Part shown: in pieces, positions 36,745-45,115 of the stretch
How the letters are laid out: each line of letters starts with the position of its first letter
Numbering within the stretch: position 1 is the stretch's first letter
DNA from: a virus
Reading direction: 5' to 3' (one strand)
Virus record (IMG/VR): IMGVR_UViG_3300045988_141012
DNA: 64,000 nt
Translations under genes and position numbers: made by a program
Notes under the pieces: generated by a model
Databases searched by the model: none
The model's input: only the letters and a program-made list of their open reading frames with translations
What the model was told of the DNA's origin: nothing

Positions 36745-37257
36745 TTATTTATCCTCCAATTCGAAGTGGATTTTTACCAAATCAATTAACGCAAGATATT
36801 CTTTGGCAAACTTACTATTACCGTGTGTTTCTTTTACCTTGTCAACAAATTCGGCTAATGTTCCGTAAAAGCAACCGCATTTAACAGCTATATTTTCCTT
36901 TGTTTTGAAAATGGTTGTATTTCTATATTTTGAACCTAATCCTTTTATTGTTATATAGTCAGCCTTGCCAAACACCTCTGCCTTGCCAAACACCTCTGCA
37001 TTACCGCACACCTTTGCATTGCCGTACACCTCTGCATTATCATACACCTCTGCATTATCATACACCTCTGCATTATCATACACCTCTGCATTACCGCACA
37101 CCCAACAGTTACCTTCTTGAGATAAATTGTGTTCGCTTTCAACATAACCTCCAAGCTCTCCTTTTTTTACATTACCAAAATCTTTTAGAGCTTTAATTCT
37201 GTGTAATGCTGTTCCATACACCTCTATTGTTTCATCAGTCAATTCATATTTTTTCAT
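36745..37257 (-). CDS. hexapeptide-repeat (beta-helix-like) protein
   Basis: GNAEVYDNAEVYDNAEVYDNAEVYGNAKVCGNAEVFGKAEVFGKA. Confidence 0.65.
   Translation of the reverse strand: MKKYELTDETIEVYGTALHRIKALKDFGNVKKGELGGYVESEHNLSQEGNCWVCGNAEVYDNAEVYDNAEVYDNAEVYGNAKVCGNAEVFGKAEVFGKADYITIKGLGSKYRNTTIFKTKENIAVKCGCFYGTLAEFVDKVKETHGNSKFAKEYLALIDLVKIHFELEDK
36955..37098. repeat. 18-bp periodic coding array, three units identical (37027-37080)
   Basis: cacctctgcattatcata x3, flanked by diverged units. Confidence 0.9.
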
Positions 37258-37274
37258 ACTGTTTTACCTCCAAT

Positions 37275-37424
37275 TTACTTAGTTTTCTTTACTTTTTTCT
37301 TTAATTTGACTTTTAATCGTTCCATTTGCTTATATTCTTCACTATCCCACAATCCATGTGCCAATAAGCTGTCTTGTTTATTGCACACCAGTTCTAATAG
37401 TTTTTGATACTCTTTTTGTTTCAT
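37275..37424 (-). CDS. small hypothetical protein (49 aa)
   Basis: AAAGGAGAAAAAAC then ATG; overlaps the 3' end of the upstream ORF by 47 nt. Confidence 0.4.
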   Translation of the reverse strand: MKQKEYQKLLELVCNKQDSLLAHGLWDSEEYKQMERLKVKLKKKVKKTK

Positions 37425-38163
37425 GTTTTTTCTCCTTTCTGTACTTTCCATTACAATAATCTATAAATAAACTCTTAGATATTCTTCTTGGTTTATGTGG
37501 TGTAGTCATAATCTTATGTATTTCGTTTGATAAGTTTTTATCTTTAATTTTATTTATATCATCTTTAATTAACTCAAGAATAAGTCTATTTCGTTTAATC
37601 TTTTTTCTATATTGATCTACTTGTTGTCCATAATATCCTCCACGTTGCATTGCAACACCACTCAATTTTGTTTCATCCTCTACAAGAGTATGTCTGATAT
37701 CAAAAATTCTTAAATCCATTTCTCTTTCAAGATATTTTATACTTTCATAATATCTGTCCAAATTTGAAAGTATTTTGTTCGCTGATTGCAATACATTTGC
37801 TATATTCTCCAAATCCAATTCAGCATCTCCATAGTAAGTATATGGATTATATTCATCTGGTAAATGAGGTGTCTTTAACAATCTGTCTATGTCCATTGAT
37901 TTAATATCATCAACATCATTTAAATTTTCTTCGCAACAATTCTCTGGTTTTTCAACGGGCATATAACCATCTGTCAATTCGATAACACAACTTCTTCTTG
38001 AATTCCCTTTCAAGAAATTTTGTACTCTTTTGGTCTTTAAGAAACCCAATGCAGCTGGGAAGGTCTCAAACGAGTTGGCTAAAGTCGGATTACCCGACCA
38101 TGCCAATCGTCCATTTGGATTGGTTCTAATGTATTGTTCTCCATTCGTGATTACATATATCAT
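37378..38163 (-). CDS. hypothetical protein (261 aa)
   Basis: ORF track; 4-nt overlap with the phosphoesterase gene. Confidence 0.6.
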   Translation of the reverse strand: MIYVITNGEQYIRTNPNGRLAWSGNPTLANSFETFPAALGFLKTKRVQNFLKGNSRRSCVIELTDGYMPVEKPENCCEENLNDVDDIKSMDIDRLLKTPHLPDEYNPYTYYGDAELDLENIANVLQSANKILSNLDRYYESIKYLEREMDLRIFDIRHTLVEDETKLSGVAMQRGGYYGQQVDQYRKKIKRNRLILELIKDDINKIKDKNLSNEIHKIMTTPHKPRRISKSLFIDYCNGKYRKEKKHETKRVSKTIRTGVQ

Positions 38164-38933
38164 TGAGCATCGCCACCAATCTCTATAATGTTATGATACA
38201 AAACAGTTATATTATCTTTGTAACGATTATTCTCGTGCATATGTCCACAATACCAACTACTATATTGGACATCTTGTTGAATTTCTTGAAGATAATTTGT
38301 TAATCTATCTGGTTTCAATTTATTAAAGAAACCTCTACTCATATTCATTACATCTAAAGTCTTTGTTGGTGGGCAATGTGTTATAATATAATCCACCTTA
38401 TTACCGTATTTAACTAAATTTTCAATACCTTCGTCCATTTCCTTTTGGGAAGGCAATTCTTCCTGCCACCATGATATATGATTTATACGAAACATCTTGC
38501 AATAATCATATTGCCATTCCGCAATTCTTGGGTCATCAGTTTCCAATATACCATCTCGAATATCATGAGATTGTGCTCCACCGAAAGTAAAAAATTTCTT
38601 ACCATCAATAGTAAACACTTGTCCTCTCATCAAGTGAATTATATGTGGACGGATTTTATGTACTTTTCCTCCGTTCCATTCTTCAACCGGCAATTTCTTT
38701 AGTCGGTCAAAGTTACTATGGTTCCCGTCTACAAATAATGTAGTCCATGGTTGATTTTCAAGCCAATCAAGGTTATTCCTTTCAATATCAGTGTCGTGCC
38801 AATAACCAAAGTCACCACACACAATGACATAATCACTTCGATTTAAACTTTGTCCTATCGGAAAACATTCAGGTTTAAACCGATTTTTCCAATCTCCATG
38901 CGTGTCTCCTGTTATAAATATCATTTGTATCAC
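38160..38933 (-). CDS. calcineurin-type metallophosphoesterase (Ser/Thr phosphatase-like)
   Basis: ITGDTHGD, VCGDFG, DGNHSN, GHMH. Confidence 0.85.
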   Translation of the reverse strand: MIQMIFITGDTHGDWKNRFKPECFPIGQSLNRSDYVIVCGDFGYWHDTDIERNNLDWLENQPWTTLFVDGNHSNFDRLKKLPVEEWNGGKVHKIRPHIIHLMRGQVFTIDGKKFFTFGGAQSHDIRDGILETDDPRIAEWQYDYCKMFRINHISWWQEELPSQKEMDEGIENLVKYGNKVDYIITHCPPTKTLDVMNMSRGFFNKLKPDRLTNYLQEIQQDVQYSSWYCGHMHENNRYKDNITVLYHNIIEIGGDAQ

Positions 38934-38939
38934 TCTCCT

Positions 38940-40391
38940 TTACGCCACATTCTTTTCTTGATTAAGCATATACTCAATGAAAAGTTTCTTCATATTATTA
39001 TAGTTCTCTGTTTTATTGTTCGAAATTAATACACTTTCGTCTATCGTTTTTAACCATTTTTCTAACGCCATATCATAATCTTTTTCACAAGAATAATCTA
39101 TCAGCTTAACTAATTCGTCGTGTGCTTTTTGTGCCAGTTCGGAATTACTTGGCAACACGTCTTCAATCATTGTTTCGTAAAATTCTATATCTTCTTGCTC
39201 AATTCCTTCTAATATATTATTCTCTATTTCCTGTACACTGTTTTGAGTATTGTCGCAAACATCATTTTCAACATTTTCTTCATTTGACAATGCATCATTA
39301 TCTTCAATACCCAAAAATTCTTTCATTAAATATAGAATATGGTCTACTTTGTTTTTAACAACCTTCTTATCTTTAGTGCTTTTGTTTTCATCGAGTTCTT
39401 CCCAAGTAATGCCATTCACTTCTTTGTTTCTCATGCTCTCAAAAGCATTTAAAAATTCTCCAAAATTCTTATCATCTAAGCCAAGCTTATCAAATTTATC
39501 AAATGCCATTATCCATACCACTGTATCTTTTAATGTGAATAAATCTGCTACTTTTCTATTTTCAAGTTTATCTGAATATGGAGCAATCCTGTTAAAATAC
39601 TGTTCAATTTGTTGATATTCTTCCATTGTAGAATTGAAGTTCAAATAATCACATATTTTCTTAGGAGCTTTTTTCCAATTATCAAAATGATACACGCCCA
39701 TAACACACTCTGAAATAACTCTTTCCCATATTCCGTCATTCTTTTGTTTTTCTGTTAAAATTGTACCGTCTTTCAAAAATTCATTGGTATTTTTTATTTT
39801 TCTTATTTCTTTTGCAAAATTTCCTACATACGTAAGGGCTTTCTGTGAAGCATTCATTGCAATGTGATTATTATAAATGTTAACAAGTGTGGGTAAATCT
39901 CCTTGTTCACAATTTTGATAAATTGTTACCGCTAACTGACCTTTGTTCAACTGTCGTTTTAATTCCGTTGGAAGGTCTTCATATGTTTTACCTCTCAAAT
40001 CATATTCGACTGTTTCCCATATAATATCACCATATTGATTTTTTACCACTTTACCTTCTTCATTGAGTTTCTTCCTATTATATCTGACTATAGGCTCACG
40101 AATTTCATTAGTAACTTTATATTCACCATATCTAAATCTTCTCAAGGCTTCTGTTCTGTGACCACCATCTACAATATATGTAGACTTTATACCGGATTCA
40201 GACTTTGTTTCAGCAAGAATTAAATTTGGAATAAAAACTATCCCACTGACAGCTGACCATATTAGTCCGTTTAAAGCCTCTTTTGTCCAAGACCAACCAC
40301 GTTGTACTGTTGGTTCAGGCTGTATTATTTGTGTATGTACATCGTCCATATATTGTTCTACCGACCATCTTTCAATTCTATATCCATCCAT
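38940..40391 (-). CDS. DUF262-like ParB/Srx-fold domain protein with long helical C-terminal region
   Basis: VQRGWSWTKEALNGLIWS ... YIVDGGHRTEALRRF matches the QR-x-W ... DGxxR layout. Confidence 0.55.
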   Translation of the reverse strand: MDGYRIERWSVEQYMDDVHTQIIQPEPTVQRGWSWTKEALNGLIWSAVSGIVFIPNLILAETKSESGIKSTYIVDGGHRTEALRRFRYGEYKVTNEIREPIVRYNRKKLNEEGKVVKNQYGDIIWETVEYDLRGKTYEDLPTELKRQLNKGQLAVTIYQNCEQGDLPTLVNIYNNHIAMNASQKALTYVGNFAKEIRKIKNTNEFLKDGTILTEKQKNDGIWERVISECVMGVYHFDNWKKAPKKICDYLNFNSTMEEYQQIEQYFNRIAPYSDKLENRKVADLFTLKDTVVWIMAFDKFDKLGLDDKNFGEFLNAFESMRNKEVNGITWEELDENKSTKDKKVVKNKVDHILYLMKEFLGIEDNDALSNEENVENDVCDNTQNSVQEIENNILEGIEQEDIEFYETMIEDVLPSNSELAQKAHDELVKLIDYSCEKDYDMALEKWLKTIDESVLISNNKTENYNNMKKLFIEYMLNQEKNVA

Positions 40392-40397
40392 GTTATT

Positions 40398-41018
40398 TTA
40401 CCTCCTAATAAGCATTCGTATTTTTCTTTTATTTTTTTCATCTTTAATAGCCATAATGCTATCTTTGTATAAAAAATCATCAATATTTAACATATCAATA
40501 ATTTCTTCTTTTTTATATCCATCTGCTAAATGGATAAGAATTTTTCTTTGAACTTTTGATAGCCCATTTAGATATTCCTCCATTTGCGGAGATAATTCTT
40601 CCTCATCAGTATTATTCTCCACACATGCTATCTTTTCTGCTAAGTCAATTCCGTCTTCCGTTTTCACATCTAATGATACATTGGGAATTGAAATAGTTTG
40701 TCCTCGTTCATTCTTCTTTAAATTACCACGTTCATCAGTTTCAAGATTACACCTTTTCCAACGATGCCTATCTCGCAACCAATCTTGAAACGAACGTTTA
40801 ATATTGCCAATAAGAAATGTCTTGAATGAACAATTGCGTTCTTGATTAAAATTTTCGACACTTTCCAATACAACATTCATCGCATCGGAATATAAATCAT
40901 CATATTCTGACAACGGAACATTCATTAATCGAATAATCGGATCGCAAATTTCTCTCAATTGTTTCATTTTATTACCACAATATTGACTTATTAAACCTTC
41001 TTTTTCTTTATCGTTCAC
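40398..41018 (-). CDS. sigma-70 family (ECF-like) RNA polymerase sigma factor
   Basis: Region 2-like YSDAMNVVLESVENF...FKTFLIGNIKRSFQDWLRDRHR and region 4-like LSKVQRKILIHLADGYKKEEI; GTG start behind AAGGAG. Confidence 0.6.
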   Translation of the reverse strand: MNDKEKEGLISQYCGNKMKQLREICDPIIRLMNVPLSEYDDLYSDAMNVVLESVENFNQERNCSFKTFLIGNIKRSFQDWLRDRHRWKRCNLETDERGNLKKNERGQTISIPNVSLDVKTEDGIDLAEKIACVENNTDEEELSPQMEEYLNGLSKVQRKILIHLADGYKKEEIIDMLNIDDFLYKDSIMAIKDEKNKRKIRMLIRR

Positions 41019-41253
41019 TCTATACACTCCTTGTCTCAAATTCTATGATTATTCTCCACTAATAATCTTGCAGTTTACATGTCAACACTATACCAATGCC
41101 GACACCTGTTATAGCCAAGCCAATTAAATACATACATTTCACATCCTTTCCCTTTTATCATATACATAGCAAAACTACTTTTTTGTCTTTCCGCTCGGAA
41201 AAGTATAACCCGTATAGGTGAGTGTTTCATTTCAACGCTCAATATAATATTCT

Positions 41254-41526
41254 CTACGAAAAATATTTTTTATTAATATATTTTCGCAATTTCCAAACCC
41301 ATTCATCCACATCAATCTGAATTTCGGGATTAAAAATATTGAATAAATCACCTTGTTTAATAGTTCCTGTTATATTATTCTCCGTTTTCTCTAACATGAA
41401 GATATAATTCGGATTGATTTTAATTATGTACTTTGAACCATTACACAAACAAACATTTTTGAATGTGTTAATATCTGACTTACGTCGTATTTTAAAACTG
41501 ACTGGTTTTTGAATTATTGAAATCAT
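41254..41526 (-). CDS. hypothetical protein (90 aa), first gene of the leftward operon
   Basis: ORF track; GGAAGCGATGAAAC upstream. Confidence 0.55.
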   Translation of the reverse strand: MISIIQKPVSFKIRRKSDINTFKNVCLCNGSKYIIKINPNYIFMLEKTENNITGTIKQGDLFNIFNPEIQIDVDEWVWKLRKYINKKYFS

Positions 41527-41592
41527 AGTTTCATCGCTTCCTTTCTTGTTACAATTTCTTTTCTTTTATTACATTTTCTTTACAAAATTTAC

Positions 41593-41607
41593 GTCAATAT
41601 GATTGAC
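41593..41607. promoter_or_regulatory. inverted repeat GTCAAT-ATG-ATTGAC (two back-to-back -35-like hexamers)
   Basis: Read directly; overlaps the -35 of the plus-strand promoter. Confidence 0.55.
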
Positions 41608-41631
41608 ATTTCCCTTATAATGTGCTATAAT
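41603..41631 (+). promoter_or_regulatory. consensus sigma-A promoter TTGACA-17-TATAAT driving the repressor gene
   Basis: -35 at 41603-41608, 17-nt spacer ending in TGC, -10 at 41626-41631. Confidence 0.7.
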
Positions 41632-41707
41632 AAACACATAAAAAGCAAGGATATTTCTTTTATCCATTATGAAATAAACGTGTTGGGGAACACATTTATT
41701 CAAGGAT

Positions 41708-41727
41708 TTCAATATGGGGATATTGAA
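41708..41727. promoter_or_regulatory. perfect palindrome TTCAATAT-GGGG-ATATTGAA (candidate operator)
   Basis: Lies between face-to-face promoters; a second GGGG-centred palindrome GTGTT-GGGG-AACAC is at 41680-41693. Confidence 0.5.
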
Positions 41728-41762
41728 GTGAGAAATATTTAGTTTTTAAAACCAACATAATC

Positions 41763-41791
41763 ATATTATCACATCGCGGAGGGATAGTCAA
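41763..41791 (-). promoter_or_regulatory. sigma-A promoter TTGACT-17-TGaTAATAT firing leftward
   Basis: -35 at 41791-41786 and -10 at 41768-41763 on the minus strand. Confidence 0.6.
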
Positions 41792-41852
41792 TATAAAAAT
41801 CAATCTGCGATGGGATTTTGTGATTTTTAAACAACTTTTAGGAGGGATTTTT

Positions 41853-42461
41853 ATGCACAATTCACAAACTATTATAGATAATATAAAAAGAATTGCGAAC
41901 GAGCAAAACATCTCTTTAAGTAAACTTGCTGTTATCAGCGGTCTTGGAAAGAACACAATCACAAGTATGACAGCTAAAACAAACATCAAAATTGAAACTT
42001 TAACGGCTATTGCTAAAAGTCTTAATGTTTCAATCCATGACTTAACAGGCGAAGCCCCAACTGAAGAAATGGTTGAACTTCCTATACTGGGTGAAGTTTC
42101 TGCTGGTTTTGGTGTCTATGCAGACAATGATGTTATAGGTACAAGATTTGTCCCTCAAAAATGGATAAGCGGTGATGAACCTCATGTTCTTCTTAAAGTT
42201 AAAGGCGATAGTATGATTCCAAAATTTGAAGAAGGTGATATTGTACTTGTCCGCTGCCAAACTTCTGTTGACAATGGTAGTTATGCCGTTGTTATGATAG
42301 ATGGCGAAAACGGAGTTATAAAAAGAGTTATATACGATCCAAACAGTATTGAACTCCAATCACTTAATCCGATGTATGCACCAAGACGATTTGAAGGTGA
42401 AGATGTTACTCGTCTTCGTATATTTGGTTTGGTGCGTAAAATCGCCGAGAGAGATGTTTAA
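41853..42461 (+). CDS. LexA/CI-like repressor (HTH + S24 self-cleaving peptidase)
   Basis: HTH NISLSKLAVISGLGKNTITS; S24 KVKGDSMIPKFEEGDIVLV ... GVIKRV; ATG behind AGGAGG. Confidence 0.85.
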   Translation: MHNSQTIIDNIKRIANEQNISLSKLAVISGLGKNTITSMTAKTNIKIETLTAIAKSLNVSIHDLTGEAPTEEMVELPILGEVSAGFGVYADNDVIGTRFVPQKWISGDEPHVLLKVKGDSMIPKFEEGDIVLVRCQTSVDNGSYAVVMIDGENGVIKRVIYDPNSIELQSLNPMYAPRRFEGEDVTRLRIFGLVRKIAERDV

Positions 42462-42601
42462 ATACCACGCGCTCATTTCCTTAAAGACACAAATTTAACG
42501 TTTTGTTTCTTTAAGGACACATATATATTAACACCATGAGTTTTCATTGTCAACAATGATTTCTCTTTTGTAATATCATTGTAATATAAGGAGTTGTCAT
42601 T

Positions 42602-42943
42602 ATGTCATCTATCGGAAATATCATCAAAGATAAAAGACAAGAAAGAAATATGTCTTTAGATGAACTCAGCAAGTTAATAAACGTTGGCAAAAGCACCATT
42701 AGTAAATGGGAAACTGGTGTTATAACGGACTTAAAAATGTCTAGCATAATCTCTTTATGTAAAGTTTTCAATATGACACCTAATGAAATTTTTAAATTAA
42801 ATCCCAATAAAAATTATTTGTCTTATGGTGGGGAAAAAATCAATGCCAAAAAAGAAAGCCTATTGAAAGAAATTGCTGAAACAAATATTCCTGATTCAAC
42901 AATAGATTTAATTAAAAACGTTATTGAACAATACAAAAAATAA
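42602..42943 (+). CDS. XRE-family HTH regulator (Cro/CI-like)
   Basis: RNMSLDELSKLINVGKSTISKWETG. Confidence 0.75.
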   Translation: MSSIGNIIKDKRQERNMSLDELSKLINVGKSTISKWETGVITDLKMSSIISLCKVFNMTPNEIFKLNPNKNYLSYGGEKINAKKESLLKEIAETNIPDSTIDLIKNVIEQYKK

Positions 42944-42971
42944 GTATCTGATATAGGTGCTTATTTTTTTT
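42939..42971 (+). terminator. possible intrinsic terminator
   Basis: AATAAG ... CTTATT stem followed by T8; the stem is AT-rich. Confidence 0.4.
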
Positions 42972-43039
42972 GTATTTCTAATTTACTACCAAACTCAACA
43001 CTATTATTGCCATAGAATACATCTACGTTTTTTGGGCAC

Positions 43040-43058
43040 AATAAGATATAATCTTATT
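43040..43058. promoter_or_regulatory. palindromic operator AATAAGAT-ATA-ATCTTATT embedding a TATAAT
   Basis: Perfect 8-bp arms; TATAAT at 43047-43052; 20 nt upstream of the XRE/ImmA pair. Confidence 0.5.
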
Positions 43059-43077
43059 AGTAAAGGAATAGATTTCT

Positions 43078-43437
43078 ATGGATGAATTTATAGTCAACCA
43101 GCACATTGTGGAGATTTGTAAGCAACGAAATCTGTCTATATATAAACTTGCAAAAATGTCTGATATGCCTTATTCGTCACTCAATAATATGATTAAACAT
43201 AGACACGTCCCGACGATATATAATTTAATGAAAATCTGTAATGGTCTAAATATTTCCCTTTCTCAATTCTTTGCAGGAATTGAAAATAATGCGGATAATA
43301 ATGTCTTGTTTTCTGAACAACAAGACGTTCTGTCATTGTGGAATCTCTTAGACTCAAAATCAAAACAATTTGCATTAATCTATATGAAAGGGTTGGCTCA
43401 CTTGCCAATAATAGGTGTCGAAGATGAGAAGTTTTAA
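43078..43437 (+). CDS. XRE-family HTH regulator (ImmR-like)
   Basis: RNLSIYKLAKMSDMPYSSLNNMIKH; overlaps the ImmA-like gene by 23 nt. Confidence 0.75.
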   Translation: MDEFIVNQHIVEICKQRNLSIYKLAKMSDMPYSSLNNMIKHRHVPTIYNLMKICNGLNISLSQFFAGIENNADNNVLFSEQQDVLSLWNLLDSKSKQFALIYMKGLAHLPIIGVEDEKF

Positions 43438-43975
43438 ACAATTATTGGATATTACACAAATCTATACAAAACAGTTTACAAGTTTCCCTTGTAATCCATT
43501 TTTACTATGCACTCAATTACAAATATCTTTTAAAGTAAGATCTCAAGCAGTAGAAGATTTTGCCGGTACCAATCCGTTAATCTCCACTCCTGCTATTCTT
43601 TACAAGGAATCAGGTAAAGTGCCTTCATATATAATTTACTTTGATGAAACGTCTATGTATTGGCGTTTCTACATATTCCACGAGATTGCTCATTATGTGT
43701 TGGGACATACTTCCGATTCTCTACAAGAAGAACAAGAAGCAAATTTAATGGCTTGTCTTTTAATTGCACCAAAAGATAAGCTTCCTACATATCTCAAAAA
43801 CGCAAGAGACTTGTCTGTATTTGCTGAAATTCCTATTGCATATGCAGAAGAATATTGGAATTACTTACATAAAAAAATAATTAAACCAAAAATGATTTTT
43901 AATATAATGATTTCTGTCTGTATTCTTACGGTGATACTTGACATAGTATCATTCGCATTAATATTATCAAATTGA
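43415..43975 (+). CDS. ImmA/IrrE-family zinc metallopeptidase with C-terminal TM segment
   Basis: HEIAHYVLGH (HExxH); IFNIMISVCILTVILDIVSFALIL. Confidence 0.75.
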   Translation: MSKMRSFKQLLDITQIYTKQFTSFPCNPFLLCTQLQISFKVRSQAVEDFAGTNPLISTPAILYKESGKVPSYIIYFDETSMYWRFYIFHEIAHYVLGHTSDSLQEEQEANLMACLLIAPKDKLPTYLKNARDLSVFAEIPIAYAEEYWNYLHKKIIKPKMIFNIMISVCILTVILDIVSFALILSN

Positions 43976-43984
43976 ATTACACAA

Positions 43985-44028
43985 AAAAATAAAGGCGACA
44001 GTCAATTCGCTGTCGTCTCTATTTTTTT
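43985..44028. terminator. bidirectional intrinsic terminator between convergent genes
   Basis: GGCGACAG-loop-CTGTCGTC with an A run before and a T run after. Confidence 0.6.
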
Positions 44029-44130
44029 ACTCCGATTATTTTCTTTTTCTTTGTCCATAGTGAGAATTTCTTTTGCCTTGTTTAAGCAATCGACTCTCCA
44101 TTCTTCAAAATCTTGTTCATTATTGAACAT
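44002..44130 (-). CDS. small hypothetical protein (42 aa) with its own promoter and terminator
   Basis: ATG 44130 behind GGGAGATAATCAA; the track's TTG start at 44235 lies upstream of the promoter. Confidence 0.45.
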   Translation of the reverse strand: MFNNEQDFEEWRVDCLNKAKEILTMDKEKENNRSKKIETTAN

Positions 44131-44161
44131 TTGATTATCTCCCTTACAATATAATATATCT

Positions 44162-44190
44162 ATTATACCAAAGAAGATATTTTTCGTCAA
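44162..44190 (-). promoter_or_regulatory. sigma-A promoter TTGACG-17-TGgTATAAT
   Basis: -35 at 44190-44185, -10 at 44167-44162 on the minus strand. Confidence 0.6.
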
Positions 44191-44226
44191 TATAACAGTA
44201 TTTTCTTCATAATACCATTTCCTTTC

Positions 44227-44295
44227 GCCAAACAATCAAACTTTCTTATTATATCCTTTCCAAAAATTCATTCGTAGTTCCATTGAAACTGGTTT
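44227..44295. repeat. 69-bp direct repeat, copy A (68/69 identical to 51901-51969)
   Basis: Aligned by eye; single A/G mismatch at position 40. Confidence 0.9.
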
Positions 44296-44493
44296 ATTTA
44301 TAAGTTCGTCCATTTCATCGACATCCAACATATCCATTAGTTTGCCAATTTCCTGATTTAATTCATCGGATATATAAGGCATTGTTCTTTTAATCATTGT
44401 TGTGATACTTCTCATAGGAAACATATCACATTGTCCCTGGAACGGATCGTTAAATCCTTTTAGCTGAGTTAATTGGGCATATACACTGCCCAT
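44236..44493 (-). CDS. hypothetical protein (85 aa)
   Basis: ORF track; its last 19 codons lie inside repeat copy A. Confidence 0.55.
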   Translation of the reverse strand: MGSVYAQLTQLKGFNDPFQGQCDMFPMRSITTMIKRTMPYISDELNQEIGKLMDMLDVDEMDELINKPVSMELRMNFWKGYNKKV

Positions 44494-44538
44494 CGCCTCT
44501 AAATTTTATACTGTATACATTATTAATTTCTCCTTTTC

Positions 44539-44814
44539 TTAAAACAAATCCGAATGGCTACCTGTCCTGGTTAAATATAAAATTGGTTCGTCCTCTGTAT
44601 ATCTATATATAAGCAACCAATCAGGTTGAATATGGCATTCTCTATGACCATTCCAATTGCCAGATAAACTATGATCTTTATACTTTTCTTCTAATGGCAT
44701 ACCATTAGATAATTTTTTTATTACCTTTTTTATTATCTCAGTATCCCAACCTCGACTTTTACATAGTTTTAAGTCTTTTGTAAATCTAGTAGAAGGTTGT
44801 ACTTTATATTTCAT
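44539..44814 (-). CDS. yafQ: YafQ/RelE-family type II toxin (mRNA interferase)
   Basis: KDHSLSGNWNGHRECHIQPDWLLIYRY ... LTRTGSHSDLF. Confidence 0.85.
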   Translation of the reverse strand: MKYKVQPSTRFTKDLKLCKSRGWDTEIIKKVIKKLSNGMPLEEKYKDHSLSGNWNGHRECHIQPDWLLIYRYTEDEPILYLTRTGSHSDLF

Positions 44815-45089
44815 CCCAGCAAATCCTCCATCATCAAATCCACATCATCATATGTTTTTCTTGCTTCGGGATGTTCTATTAAATACTCAGTTTCCATCAT
44901 TGCTTTTAATGTTTCAAAATTCGGTGTTTCTTGTCTTGTAGGTCTAAATGGCAGCGCCTGCTCTCTAACGGCTTGTTTAGCTACCACTATGAAAAATGTA
45001 TTTACATCCATTCCCAAATCATTCATAAGATTTTGTAGCTCTGTTTTTGTTGTTTCGTCCATACGAATTGTAACATCTGTGTTTGCCAT
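44811..45089 (-). CDS. dinJ: DinJ/RelB-family antitoxin
   Basis: MANTDVTIRMDETTKTELQNLMNDLGMDVNTFF; 4-nt overlap with the toxin; ATG behind AAGGAG. Confidence 0.8.
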   Translation of the reverse strand: MANTDVTIRMDETTKTELQNLMNDLGMDVNTFFIVVAKQAVREQALPFRPTRQETPNFETLKAMMETEYLIEHPEARKTYDDVDLMMEDLLG

Positions 45090-45115
45090 TACAATCAACT
45101 CCTTTCGTTATGTTA

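Noticed and set aside
41040-41253. 24-aa hydrophobic mini-ORF (MYLIGLAITGVGIGIVLTCKLQDY), and a similar 27-aa one at 30290-30370
   Set aside because: They are too short to support without conservation or expression data, and the SD spacing is marginal.
41696-41989. 97-aa minus-strand ORF across the switch region
   Set aside because: It overlaps the repressor start and both promoters, begins inside the repressor coding sequence and has no SD. I treat it as spurious.
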